Below are positions 48,448-58,008 of a stretch of DNA of 64,000 nt, one piece after another. This DNA is from Candidatus Bathyarchaeota archaeon (GTDB lineage Archaea > Thermoproteota > Bathyarchaeia > Bathyarchaeales > Bathyarchaeaceae), in assembly GCA_963697165.1 (NCBI GenBank), contig CAVOMX010000017.1:15849-79848 (forward strand), in the 5' to 3' direction. Both the position numbers and the translations under genes were made by a program. A model generated the notes under the pieces. The model did not search any database, had not been told where the DNA came from, and worked only from the letters and a program-made list of their open reading frames with translations. Position 1 is the stretch's first letter; every line of letters begins with the position of its first letter.

Positions 48448-48545
48448 GGAAACAGCATTTTGTTGTTGCTTAGGTTTTCCAGAAAAAGGTTGTTTTCAAC
48501 AATCTTCTGTTATTAGTCTCCTAATATAATTGATTGCTTAGTTTT
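48448..48545 (+). repeat. Intergenic repeat family R, copy B
   Basis: ...aaacagcattttgttgttgcttaggttttccagaaaaaggttgttttcaacaat cttctgt tattagtctcctaatat... Confidence 0.7.
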
Positions 48546-48632
48546 GTTTGCATTTCTTCCTTGTTTTTGTTGTTGGAACAAGACGAAGATGGACGAAGGT
48601 GCGTTTTATTTAACAGTATATTGTAAAACAGT

Positions 48633-48899
48633 CTATGTTTTGGTTGGCTGTCTTTGACATCTTTTCTGTATTTGGTGCTCTGAGAGACAGATGAAAGCAT
48701 GGCAAAGGTCAACGTTTTTGTTTGATTTCAATCGATTCGATTTGTGGCTGCAGATAACTTGATTTTCATCTCTTGGAAAATTTGACACGATCACCTTTTC
48801 TTGGTTAAGCTTTAGCGTTAGTGTGTTTCGGTGTTTTTCGTTTGTTTTATCAGTTATTTCAAGTTCAATTCCGTTAAAAAACGGAGAAAGGAGAGGCAA
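48633..48899 (-). CDS. Hypothetical small protein (weak)
   Basis: 88-aa ORF with TTG start in an otherwise ORF-poor 0.9-kb stretch; no motif. Confidence 0.2.
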   Translation of the reverse strand: MPLLSPFFNGIELEITDKTNEKHRNTLTLKLNQEKVIVSNFPRDENQVICSHKSNRLKSNKNVDLCHAFICLSEHQIQKRCQRQPTKT

Positions 48900-49246
48900 A
48901 AACTTGAAAAAAGCTAAAATAACAAGTTAACTGTCACAGATTTACATTATATCTGTAAATATTGTTGTGTTTCGTCATGTTTCGTTTAATCTAACTTCTG
49001 GTGAAACGTCTTTTTGGAACTGGCTGAATAGTCAAAATGGGTATTGAATCCAGTGAATGACACAACCATGTGGTATCAAAGGCTAAAACTGGGTGTTCTT
49101 TACAAAAAACGTCCAAGATAATCAGTTTTGGTTGTTTTCTGAAGCTAAATTCTGTGAAGAATTGCTTCCTTTTTTGATGCTATTATAAGATTCGTTATTA
49201 AACGTGAATTCTTAATGTGAATGTATACTTAATCTGTGGTTGTTGT

Positions 49247-49651
49247 TTATTCGCCGAGGACCTGCATGATGATTGTTCTTTGTCTGGGGTATACGTCGGT
49301 TTCCACGAAAACTAGGGACTGCCAAGTGCCAAAAATTGCTTGTCCATCTATTACGGGCAGGGTTTTGTCTGGACTCAGAAGCATTGATCTCAGATGTGAG
49401 TGCGCATTTGATGGGTGCCTATAGCCGCCATTTTTGGGAATTATTTTTTCGAGAAAATCTTTAACGTCCATGTCTAAGCTTGGTTCATGTTCAGTTAATA
49501 TGATTACTCCTGTAGCGTGGGGTGCAAAAATGTGAACCAGCCCATTTTTGATTCTAGACTTTCTTACAACATCATGAACCTTTTCGGTCAAGTCCTTGAA
49601 TTCTATTTCTCCCTTGGTCAAAAAAACTATTCTATCATTAAAAACATTCAT
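49247..49651 (-). CDS. YjbQ/UPF0047 family protein (secondary thiamine-phosphate synthase-like)
   Basis: GLVHIFAPHATGVIILTEHEP...GYRHPSNAHSHLRSMLL...IDGQAIFGTWQSLVFVE is the characteristic YjbQ pattern. Confidence 0.85.
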   Translation of the reverse strand: MNVFNDRIVFLTKGEIEFKDLTEKVHDVVRKSRIKNGLVHIFAPHATGVIILTEHEPSLDMDVKDFLEKIIPKNGGYRHPSNAHSHLRSMLLSPDKTLPVIDGQAIFGTWQSLVFVETDVYPRQRTIIMQVLGE

Positions 49652-49814
49652 GTTCCATCAGCTCTAAACAATGAAACGGTGACCAAAAGTAAAAACATTA
49701 CCGCTATGGGTGAATATCAAAACACAGCAGGTTTTTGTCTACTTTGAGGGAGTTTGTTGATGCTTTTGTATCCGCTTCGCTAAACAATAACTGCATTATC
49801 AGACGAGATGCTGG

Positions 49815-50438
49815 TTACTTTTCTTTTGCAACCATTACTTCGGTTGCTTTGATTACGGCTTCGATGGTGTCTCCAGGCGTTACATCCAGTTCTTCGACGG
49901 CTTCTTTTGATATGATCGCAGTTATTATGACTGGTGCTTCAATTTTGATTTTTATTTTCGCTGTTATTATGCCCTTTTCTACGCTCTGAACAATTCCTTT
50001 CAGTTGATTTCTTGCACTTATTTTCAATCCAATATCCTCCCAACAAGTTTCGTCGCCCATCATTTCACTCATGTAGCATTCGGCCCTATTGTATTCGTTC
50101 AACAATTTTTTGCCTAGTTCTGTTAGGGTGGCTCCTCCGCCTCCTTTGCTACCGCCTTTGAAGGTTTTTACTACCGGTTCGTCTAGTCTTTTTTCAAGTT
50201 TTGCTAAGTAATTCCATACGTACCGATAGGACATTTCAGCCTTTTTTGCTGCTTTAGAAATAGATTCTACTTCTTTGATGGTTTCTAGTATTTCTGCTCC
50301 ACCCTTTCCAAGTAAGGGTTCTCCTCTGTATTCGAGCCAGATTTTGCATAGAACCTTGTGCTTATTTTTAGTGAGCATGGGCTTCATTATAGGTATTAGC
50401 CGTTGTGATATAAAACGCTGTCGGGTATCTTGACACAA
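49815..50438 (-). CDS. modE: ModE-like molybdate/tungstate-responsive regulator (wHTH + TOBE/Mop domain)
   Basis: GGAEILETIKEVESISKAAKKAEMSYRYVWNYLAKLEKRL...GGSKGGGGATLTELG (ModE N-terminal domain). The C-terminus ISARNQLKGIVQSVEKG...AVIKATEVMV is a TOBE domain. The start is likely the internal Met at 50387. Confidence 0.8.
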   Translation of the reverse strand: MCQDTRQRFISQRLIPIMKPMLTKNKHKVLCKIWLEYRGEPLLGKGGAEILETIKEVESISKAAKKAEMSYRYVWNYLAKLEKRLDEPVVKTFKGGSKGGGGATLTELGKKLLNEYNRAECYMSEMMGDETCWEDIGLKISARNQLKGIVQSVEKGIITAKIKIKIEAPVIITAIISKEAVEELDVTPGDTIEAVIKATEVMVAKEK

Positions 50439-50488
50439 AGTTAAACTAAAAAGTTAAATAATGGCGCTATGTTTTCACATACCTAACG

Positions 50489-51510
50489 GTGAAGTGTATG
50501 AAGAAATATTACGGAATAATCCTCATCGCAATTATAATCACTGGAATTGGTATAGCCGCATGGGCACTAAATGCACCACAAGACAAAGCGATACTGATAG
50601 TTTCCACAACAACTAGTTTCTATGAAACAGGGCTTCTAGATGTACTCGACGCCAAATTTGAAGAAAAATATCCTAGTATCAACGTTACTTTTATCTCACA
50701 AGGAACGGGCTTAGCAATAGAAACAGCAAAACGATGGTGATGCTGACATGATTCTTGTTCATGACGCTGCCCGAGAGAAAGCGTTTCTTGAAGAGGGTTA
50801 CGGAGTTAACAGAAAAATCGTGGCTTACAACTTCTTCGTTATTGTTGGTCCAGAAGATGACCCTGCTAACATACAAGGACTTGACCCTGTTGAAGCTCTG
50901 TTAACAATAAAAGCTGCTGGCGAAGCAGGTGATGCAGTATGGGTCTCCAGAGGAGACGACTCAGGTACACATGCAATGGAGAAAAGACTCTGGATTGCTG
51001 GTGGCGAAGATGTAGCAGAACTAAGAGAAGACAGACTGGTACTTAGAACGAGGAGCAGGCATGACTGCGACATTGTCATTAGCGAACGAAAAGAGAGCAT
51101 ACACAATATGTGATATGGGAAGCTATCTAAATAACTACGTTTCTGGAAACATTGACTTGGTAATTTTGGTTGAAGCTGGACAGGCCACATTAAATGTTTA
51201 CAGTGCAATAGCATGTGACCCACAGAATTCCGGTTTGTCTCATGTAAAATTTGATGAGGCAATGAAGTTCATCGATTTCCTTGTGTCAGACGAAGTTCAA
51301 GAGATATTCGCTGATTTTGGCGTTGACACATTTAATCAAGCATTGTTTAATCCAGCAGTTAAACTTCTTACAGAAAACACTGACCCTACAGTAGCAGGTT
51401 GGATTAAAGACGCCGCATTTATAGATGGAACAGAGTGCCCAGCAAATAAACGTTACAATGCGGGTAACCTATCGTTCGTAAATTCTGTTATTATCCCTTT
51501 ACTAAAATGA
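50489..51510 (+). pseudogene. tupA: Tungstate/molybdate ABC substrate-binding protein (TupA-like, TTTS motif) with two frameshifts
   Basis: Three track ORFs in three frames: ...ILIVSTTTSFYETGLLD...GTGLAIETAKR | GDADMILVHDAAREKAFLEEGYG...FVIVGPEDDPANI...VSRGDDSGTHAMEKRLW | WYLERGAGMTATLSLANEKRAYTICDMGSYL... Shifts lie near 50738 and 51040. Confidence 0.8.
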
Positions 51511-51521
51511 GCGATTCTTAA

Positions 51522-52195
51522 GTGACAAGTCAAATAGTTGATGGAATAATCAAAGCATTCCAACTCATTTTTTCTCTTGACCCAGAAATTTACGGCATAG
51601 TTTTTCGATCACTATATGTATCTGGATTGGCAGTAGCTATGGCTACACTTTGGAGCATCCCAATCGCAGCAATATTGGGTTTGAAAAATTTTCGAGGAAG
51701 ACGTTTCTGAAGGGTTCGTTTAACGCTTTTATTGGATTTCCAACAGTTGTACTTGGTCTGATACTGTATTTGCTCTTTACACGGCAGGACCATTGGGATG
51801 TTTGGGCTTTTGTATGGTAATTACGGTAAGCTATCGGACAAGCAATTCTAATGACGCCATAATTGTTACGTTTCAACAAGCAGCTATTGAATCCATTGAC
51901 TTTGATCTTAGAGATTTATCTCGGACACTTGGGTCAACCGAAATTCAGGCATCAATTCGCATTCTGCGAGAGGCTTTAGGGGCGTGGCACTTAGCGATTT
52001 TAGCAGGATTCAACAGAGATTTGCAGAGTTAGGTGTTGCTATGATGATAGGGGGTAACGCACAGGATATACTCGAGTTTTAACTACGACAATCGCGTTGG
52101 AAGTTAAACAAAGCGAAATCGAGTTCAGTATTGCCTTAGGTGTCATATTGATTCTTATAGTTTTTACCGTGAGCTTAGTTCTCAATTACTATTGA
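51522..52195 (+). pseudogene. tupB: Tungstate/molybdate ABC permease (TupB-like) with at least six frameshifts
   Basis: Readable pieces in alternating frames: ...AILGLKNFRGRR | FLKGSFNAFIGFPTVVLGLILYLLFTRQ | GPLGCLGF | AIGQAILMTP | IIVTFQQAAIESIDFDLRDLSRTLGSTEIQ...ILAGFNR | AELGVAMMIGGN | YTRVLTTTIALEVKQSEIEFSIALGVILILIVF...NYY*. Confidence 0.75.
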
Positions 52196-52209
52196 GGAGG
52201 CGATAAGAC

Positions 52210-53280
52210 ATGTCTACAATTATTGAATTATGTAATGTCTGGAAAAGCTTCGAAAAAATAAACGCACTTCAAGACACCAATTTACATATCTACGTGGCAA
52301 AATTACAACGTTGCTGGGCCAAGTGGATCAGGAAAAACAACACTTTTACGAATAGTTGCAGGGTTAGATAGCCCAACCAAGGAAATGTGTTTTATGAACA
52401 ATACTAAAATTACAGCTGATGAATAAACGTGCTATCCTTCGACAAAAGGCCACGATGGTATTTCAAAAGTCTGTGTTTTTTGATACTACTGTCTTCAATA
52501 ACATCGCGTATGGGTTAAAACTTAATGAAGAACTCTCAAAAGAGGAAATTAACCAAAAAATTAGTGAAGCCCTAGCAATGGTTAGACTTGAAGGTTTTGA
52601 AAATCGGTCGCAGCAAAAAAATTGTCCGGTGGAGAACAACAAAGAGTATCTCTAGCTCGAGCAATAGTTCTAGACCGAGAGATTCTACTTTTAGATGAAC
52701 CAACCGTCAACCTTGACCCAAAAAACGTTTCAATAATTGAGGAAACAATCCGTCGGATAACCCAAGAAAGGAAAAAAACTATTGTCTTGGCGACACATAA
52801 CATGTTTCAGGCCGAGTCCGTTAGCCAAAACATAGCATTACTTCTTGAGGGAACTGTAAAGCAGACAGGAACAAAAAATGAAATCTTTGGAAAATCAAAC
52901 ATGTATTTGACAAGTTTTGCACGTCTAGAAAACGTTTTTTCAGGCAACATCAAAAACAAGCAAAGACGGCACTTCACTGATAGAAATCAATCAAAGTCTA
53001 AAAATCGAAGCATCATTCAATCGGTCCGGAAAAGTTACTGTTCATGTGAGACCGGAAGATATTCTGGTTTCAACTGAACCCATAAAATCAAGTGCACGAA
53101 ACGTATTCAGAGGACAAATTGTTGGAATCACAGATTTGGGATCCACAGCCAAACTGACTGTTGATGCAGGAAAGAAGTTTAGTGTTCAAATCACAAAGAA
53201 AGTCATTGACTGAAATGAAACTAAATGTCGGCTCCGAAATCTTTCTCACGTTCAAAGCATCATCCGTTCTAGCCATTTGA
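52210..53280 (+). pseudogene. tupC: Tungstate/molybdate ABC ATP-binding protein with C-terminal TOBE domain (TupC/ModC-like), at least five frameshifts
   Basis: ATG at 52210 behind GAGGAGG. Pieces: MSTIIELCNVWKSFEKINALQDTNLHIY | GKITTLLG | PSGSGKTTLLRIVAGLDSPT | NKRAILRQKATMVFQKSVFF... | LSGGEQQRVSLARAIVLDREILLLDEPT...LATHNM | ...VHVRPEDILVS...ARNVFRGQIVGITDLGS | EMKLNVGSEIFLTFKASSVLAI*. Confidence 0.8.
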
Positions 53281-53365
53281 ATATTTCCACTGTGCAGAAC
53301 CCAAACAAGTTTTACGCCGCAAACATAAGACCTTACAGAACAAAGGTGGTGGACTAAACAAAATT

Positions 53366-54059
53366 ATGATCAAAGCGGTGATTTTGACCTTGACGGAACC
53401 CTCGTAAAATTTAACCTTGATGTTAAAGCTTGCAGGACAGAAATCATACAATACCTCACCGAACAGGGTATCCCTCAAGATTTATTCTCAATGAAAGAAA
53501 CCGCCTTTGGATATGCTAATGAAAGTAAAAAAATACTTGACAACAAAATCAAACAAAGAACAGAAATTTGATCAGATCAGAAAGACTGTGTTCTTCTATT
53601 GTAGAGAACTTTGAGTTGAAATCTGCCAAAACAACAGAAATGTTTCTAGGTATACCTGAAACCCTAAAAGCCTTGAAAGAGATGAATCTGAAACTTGCGT
53701 TATGCACTATAAGCGGCGAGAAAGCAGTAGAACACATTCTTAATCGCTTTAATCTTGGACACTTTTTTGATGCAATAATAACACGAGAAAATGTTTCAGA
53801 GGTTAAGCCTCATCCAGCTCACCTAGAAGCGGTATTAAACGCATTGAATGTTCTGCCTCAGAATGCGATGCTGGTGGGAGACAGCATAAAAGATATGATT
53901 TGCGCTAACCATATTGATGTTCTCGCTGTAGGGGTAACGACAGGACTTGCTTGTATAGAAGAGCTGATCAGTTCTGGAGCTCATTACATATTCTCTTCAG
54001 CAAATGACGTTCCAAAGTTTATACTGCAACTTAAAAAATCAATAAATGAAACGTTCTGA
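53366..54059 (+). pseudogene. HAD-superfamily hydrolase (subfamily IA, phosphoglycolate phosphatase-like) with three frameshifts in the first 250 nt
   Basis: MIKAVI then (T4 run 53382-53385) DLDGTLVKFNLDVKACRTEIIQYL... (motif I DxDGT). There are two further shifts near 53560-53590. The intact remainder is ORF 53568-54059, with ...LALCTISG..., VKPHPAHL and MLVGDSIKDM. Confidence 0.75.
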
Positions 54060-54353
54060 ATCTCAACCAGTAATATTAACAATCTAGACTTTGATACCAT
54101 ACGTCATTAATTTGAAGAAATGCCTCACGTTCAAGTATGTCAGCAACTAGAACGTTGGACATTATCTGATAAAATCGATTTCTCATCAACTATCAAAAAC
54201 TGGTTGGTCTAACCCACAAATCGTCGATACATGCCATACATGTGAACGATGATGAGGATTTTTTTGAAAATTTCTAAACGAAACTTGGAAAAGCAGGGTT
54301 TGTTCCAGATAGACTCTGTCTTATCTTTTAACAATGAATAACGCTAGATTCAA

Positions 54354-54754
54354 TTAAATGGGTCTAAAGAAGTATCTGCTCCATGCAGGCCATTGAGCCG
54401 AAGTTGATGTGTTGAAGCAAATTTTTAGTTCCATTCCAACTTTGAGCTTTTCAGGTGTCACATTACTAATCATTCCGGGTAAACGAAGACCACTCTTAAA
54501 CTCAACAATGCCAACATTGTATGGTGTCATAGACTGAAACTGTTCTGGCGCAACATGGATAATTGTGTAGCTAAGCAGATTTCCTAGCACCTTCAAGTTC
54601 AATCCACTTTAGATTTGTAGAAAGGCACTTGGTACACATTGGTTTTGGCGGCAGAAGTATCATTTCCGCATTCACTGCACTTGGCGGCCATTAGCCTATT
54701 TTCACCTACAAACTTGTAGAAACTTGATATTGTGAATGGACGTTCGTCAGACAT
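54354..54754 (-). pseudogene. DUF35 OB-fold/zinc-ribbon protein (thiolase-associated) with two frameshifts
   Basis: The ATG at 54754 lies 2 nt after the thiolase stop. Pieces: MSDERPFTISSFYKFVGENRLMAAKCSECG | MILLPPKPMCTKCLSTNLKWIELEGA | GNLLSYTIIHVAPEQF...VGIVEF (ORF 54354-54602). Confidence 0.75.
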
Positions 54755-54756
54755 CT

Positions 54757-55930
54757 TTAATCTCTCCTGTAAATATGTACGCTAGCTGTAGCTCCAGAGC
54801 CACCAACATTATGACTTAAACCGATTTCGGCTCCATCAACTTGCCTCTTTTGAGCCTGTCCTGTCAGTTGTAAATAGATTTCGTATGCTTGAGCTGTTCC
54901 AGTTGCCCCAACAGGATGCCCCTTTGATTTTAGTCCTCCACTCGGGTTTACGGGAAGCTTGCTTCCAAGTTCAGTTACCCCTTCTTGTATCAGGTTTCCG
55001 CCTTTTCCAGAACCACAGAAACCTAGGTCTTCGTATGCTAGTATTTCGGCTATAGTGAAGCAGTCATGAACTTCTGCAACATCCAAATCTTTGGGTTCTA
55101 CGCCCGCCATCTTGTAGGCTTCTTGTCCTGCAAGTCTTGCAGCTTTAAGCGAAGTGAGCGATTCTCTTTCGTACAGTCCAATTGTGTCGCTGGCCTGTCC
55201 AGAACCAACTATGTGAACGGGTGTGTCAGTGAATTTTTTTGCAAGGTCAGGATGTGTTAAAATTATGCAACTTGCTCCGTCAGTTATCAGGGAACAATCA
55301 TACAGTTTCAGAGGCCATGCAACAACCTTTGAGGCCAATGCTTTTTCTAAAGTTATTTCTTTTTGCATGTGAGCTTTCGGATTTAAGGTTCCGTTGTGAT
55401 GGTTCTTTACCGCCACTTGGGCCATCTGCTCTTCAGTTGTGCCGTATTTGTGCATGTGAGCAGTAGCCATGAGGGCATACAGTGCAGGAAAAGTTATTCC
55501 ATTCCATTGTTCAAAGGGCATGTCCGAGGCCATAGCCAGAAACTCTGTTACTTCAGCTGTTGTGCGGTGAGTCATTTTTTCTACCCCGCCAACCATGACG
55601 ACCTTGTGTAGACCAGAAAGTATTGCCAGAATTCCGATTCTTAGGGCGGATCCGGACGAGGCACATGCAGATTCAATTCTTATTGCAGGTTTTGGGAGTA
55701 AACCAGTCCAGTCGGCTAATGTGGGTCCTGTGTGTCCTTGATGTTCATAGGATTCGCCCATGTGACCCACGAATAGGGCTTCAATGTCTTTTATTGGATC
55801 CAGATTAGGACATCTATCAAATGATTCTTTGGTTGCTTCTACAAAAATTTCTCTGCATAGCACTTTCTTCGTGGCGTCCAAACTTGGATAATCCTGCGGA
55901 TACGATTGAAACTAATGGTTTACTTGCCAA
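54757..55930 (-). pseudogene. Archaeal-type thiolase (acetyl-CoA acetyltransferase), body intact but one frameshift about 15 codons from the start
   Basis: ORF 54757-55881 has IESACASSGSALR (active Cys), NPSGGLKSKGHPVGATG and HNVGGSG. The upstream frame from TTG 55930 gives ASKPLVSIVSAGLSKFG, the expected N-terminus. The shift lies near 55880-55890. Confidence 0.8.
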
Positions 55931-56139
55931 TCACGGGACCTCCTGTAGAGAGTGCTTCATAGCAGTTAGTAAAGGTTGCTTGAAATAATTATTTAACGTA
56001 GTTACCGGGAGAACCCTGTGCCAACTCATCTTTTTTTCTAGTTGATGTAATTTTACATTCTAGCCGACATTAATTTTGAAACATTACGAAAATGTTATCA
56101 AGTATTCTACATTTTTGGTATAATAGAGGTTATGGAATT

Positions 56140-56424
56140 ATGTTGTCAGAAAGGCCGATTAAAATCGAAAAAGTTGGAAAAAAATTTACTGACCGAGAAA
56201 TTTTGAGACTAGCAATAATTGCCGAGTTGGATGCTGTGAGTTTGTATGAGCAGTTAGCTGAGTCAACAGAGAATAAAGCGATTCGCGAAGTTCTGTTAGA
56301 TGTAGCTAAAGAGGAAAAGACTCATGTGGGCGAATTCCAGACTTTGCTGCTAAGAGAAGACAAAGAACAAGTTGAAGAACTAAAACATGGAAAAGAAGAG
56401 GTTGAAAAAGAGCTGGGGCTCTAA
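56140..56424 (+). CDS. Small ferritin-like protein of the encapsulated-ferritin (EncFtn)/rubrerythrin-like type
   Basis: LAIIAELDAVSLYEQLAE...VLLDVAKEEKTHVGEFQTLLLRED follows the EL.AV..Y.Q...EEK.H pattern I recall for EncFtn di-iron ligands. ATG 56140 is preceded by AGAGGT. Confidence 0.55.
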   Translation: MLSERPIKIEKVGKKFTDREILRLAIIAELDAVSLYEQLAESTENKAIREVLLDVAKEEKTHVGEFQTLLLREDKEQVEELKHGKEEVEKELGL

Positions 56425-56501
56425 GTTCATAGATGGGATTACCCACTTTTTTGGGTATATTTCCCGAGGGTTTAAATTAATGATTGTCGTAAACGGTTGA
56501 T

Positions 56502-57115
56502 ATGAGTTCCAGTAAATTTCGCAAACGTAGACAACGTAAAAATAAAAGCAACAGTAAAAAGATATTATTGATTGTTGCTTTGTTGGCTGTTGCTGTAACG
56601 ATTATTGTGGGGTATAGCATGTTAGGCAATAACACTTCAGACGAGAATAATCCAGAAGAAATAACTTCAATGAAGGTTCTTCTTGAAACAAGTATGGGAA
56701 ACATCACGATACAGTTACGCGATGACATGCCAATAACAACAGAGAATTTCAAGAATCTGGTTCAGCAAGGCGTGTATGATAGCACAATATTTCACAGAGT
56801 GATTTCTGACTTTATGATTCAGGGCGGAGACCCTAATGGGAATGGAATGTCAGATGATGGAATACCAACAATTCTGATGAAGTTCATGGACAACAACAGG
56901 AATAACAGGGGAACAATAGCCATGGCAAATAGCAGGCGCAAACACAGGAAGCAGCCAGTTCTTCATTAATGTTGTAAACAACAATTACCTTGACAAATGC
57001 GCATCCAGTTTTTGGGGACAGTAATAGCGGGAATGGATGTTGTTGACCCATCTCAAACGTAGAAACAGACACAAACGACCACCCAATAGACGCAGTTACA
57101 ATAATCAGGGCATAG
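56502..57115 (+). pseudogene. Membrane-anchored cyclophilin-type peptidyl-prolyl isomerase with about four frameshifts in the 3' third
   Basis: Basic N-terminus plus TM, then VLLETSMGNITIQL...TTENFKNLV...FHRVISDFMIQGGDP...RGTIAMAN. Later pieces in other frames: AGANTGSSQFFINVVNNNYLD | NAHPVFG | VIAGMDVVD | ISNVETDTNDHPIDAVTIIRA*. Confidence 0.8.
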
Positions 57116-57145
57116 CTTATTGACTAAAACGGGCAACTTTGGGGC

Positions 57146-57898
57146 TCAATCATTACCTTGCCGAGTTGGCGTAGAAAAGAAAACTAAGCCTCCAAATTGG
57201 CTGATTCTGTTACCTGCCGGAGTTTCCGCGTTGACTACTCTTGTTTTGACTTTTTTGTTCTTTGATATCTGCAGTAATCGGTGAATTCTGTTCTTTTGTT
57301 TGCTGTCGGCTAGATACTTGTCCGTAAGCAGCAGGTATTCTGTTCTGGATGTTTTGTTTTTTTCTCGGTTATAGATCGTGTCTTCGATTTCTTTTAACGC
57401 ATATAGGACAACCGAGTTGTTGATGTTGCCGTAAAGATGCTTCTCCAAATTGTTAACAACTTGGTCAGATTCTTCAGAAGTTGTTTCTGCAATCAGATTG
57501 GTAAATTCTTTGGTTTTCACTAGTTCAGCCACGTTGATGTTGTCATCTGCGGAGCCGACTAGCTCAGCGAAGTTTGCACGGTTTGGGCTCTTGGATTGAA
57601 TTAGATACCTGTGATGTTTTTGTATGTGTTCCAGAAAGTCTTGGGAATATGTTGTTCTCGCTGGAGATGTAACAACGATACTTCTTACTCCCTCTTTGAG
57701 TACTGGTTTTAGTGCATCAACAACTGATTCATGAAAATTATACAGAACTTTTTCGTCTGTTCTTTTTCCGTCAAGCTCTAACCTAAGAGATATTTTTACA
57801 ACATTACTAAATATCTGCCAGAATACCATATGATTGGCTTCAAAACCCATAAGAAGCGCTACTGGGTACCCGCGCCTGTATCGACGTTTACGATTCAC
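57146..57898 (-). CDS. Pelota/eRF1-superfamily-like protein lacking the N-terminal domain (central + C-terminal domains only)
   Basis: 250 aa. VALLMGFEANHMVFWQI...GKR...FHESVVDALKPVLKEGVRSIVVTSPARTTYSQDFLEHI follows the Pelota central-domain pattern. VVLYALKEIEDTI...EYLLLTDKYL...KTRVVNAETPAGNRISQFGGLVFF follows the domain-3 pattern (...GGIAAxLRF). No GGQ motif. Confidence 0.5.
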   Translation of the reverse strand: MNRKRRYRRGYPVALLMGFEANHMVFWQIFSNVVKISLRLELDGKRTDEKVLYNFHESVVDALKPVLKEGVRSIVVTSPARTTYSQDFLEHIQKHHRYLIQSKSPNRANFAELVGSADDNINVAELVKTKEFTNLIAETTSEESDQVVNNLEKHLYGNINNSVVLYALKEIEDTIYNREKNKTSRTEYLLLTDKYLADSKQKNRIHRLLQISKNKKVKTRVVNAETPAGNRISQFGGLVFFSTPTRQGND

Positions 57899-58008
57899 TT
57901 ATGTCACCTAATCATTTACAGGTAAATAGTCTTTGTAATCTTTCTAGGTTTTGACGAAGATTTATATGTCTTAAATGTGAGTAAAAGAAAAATCATATTG
58001 AGCGTGTA

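Noticed and set aside
56092-57115. Encapsulin nanocompartment operon
   Set aside because: Only the ferritin-like cargo-type gene is present. The downstream gene is a cyclophilin, not an HK97-fold shell protein.
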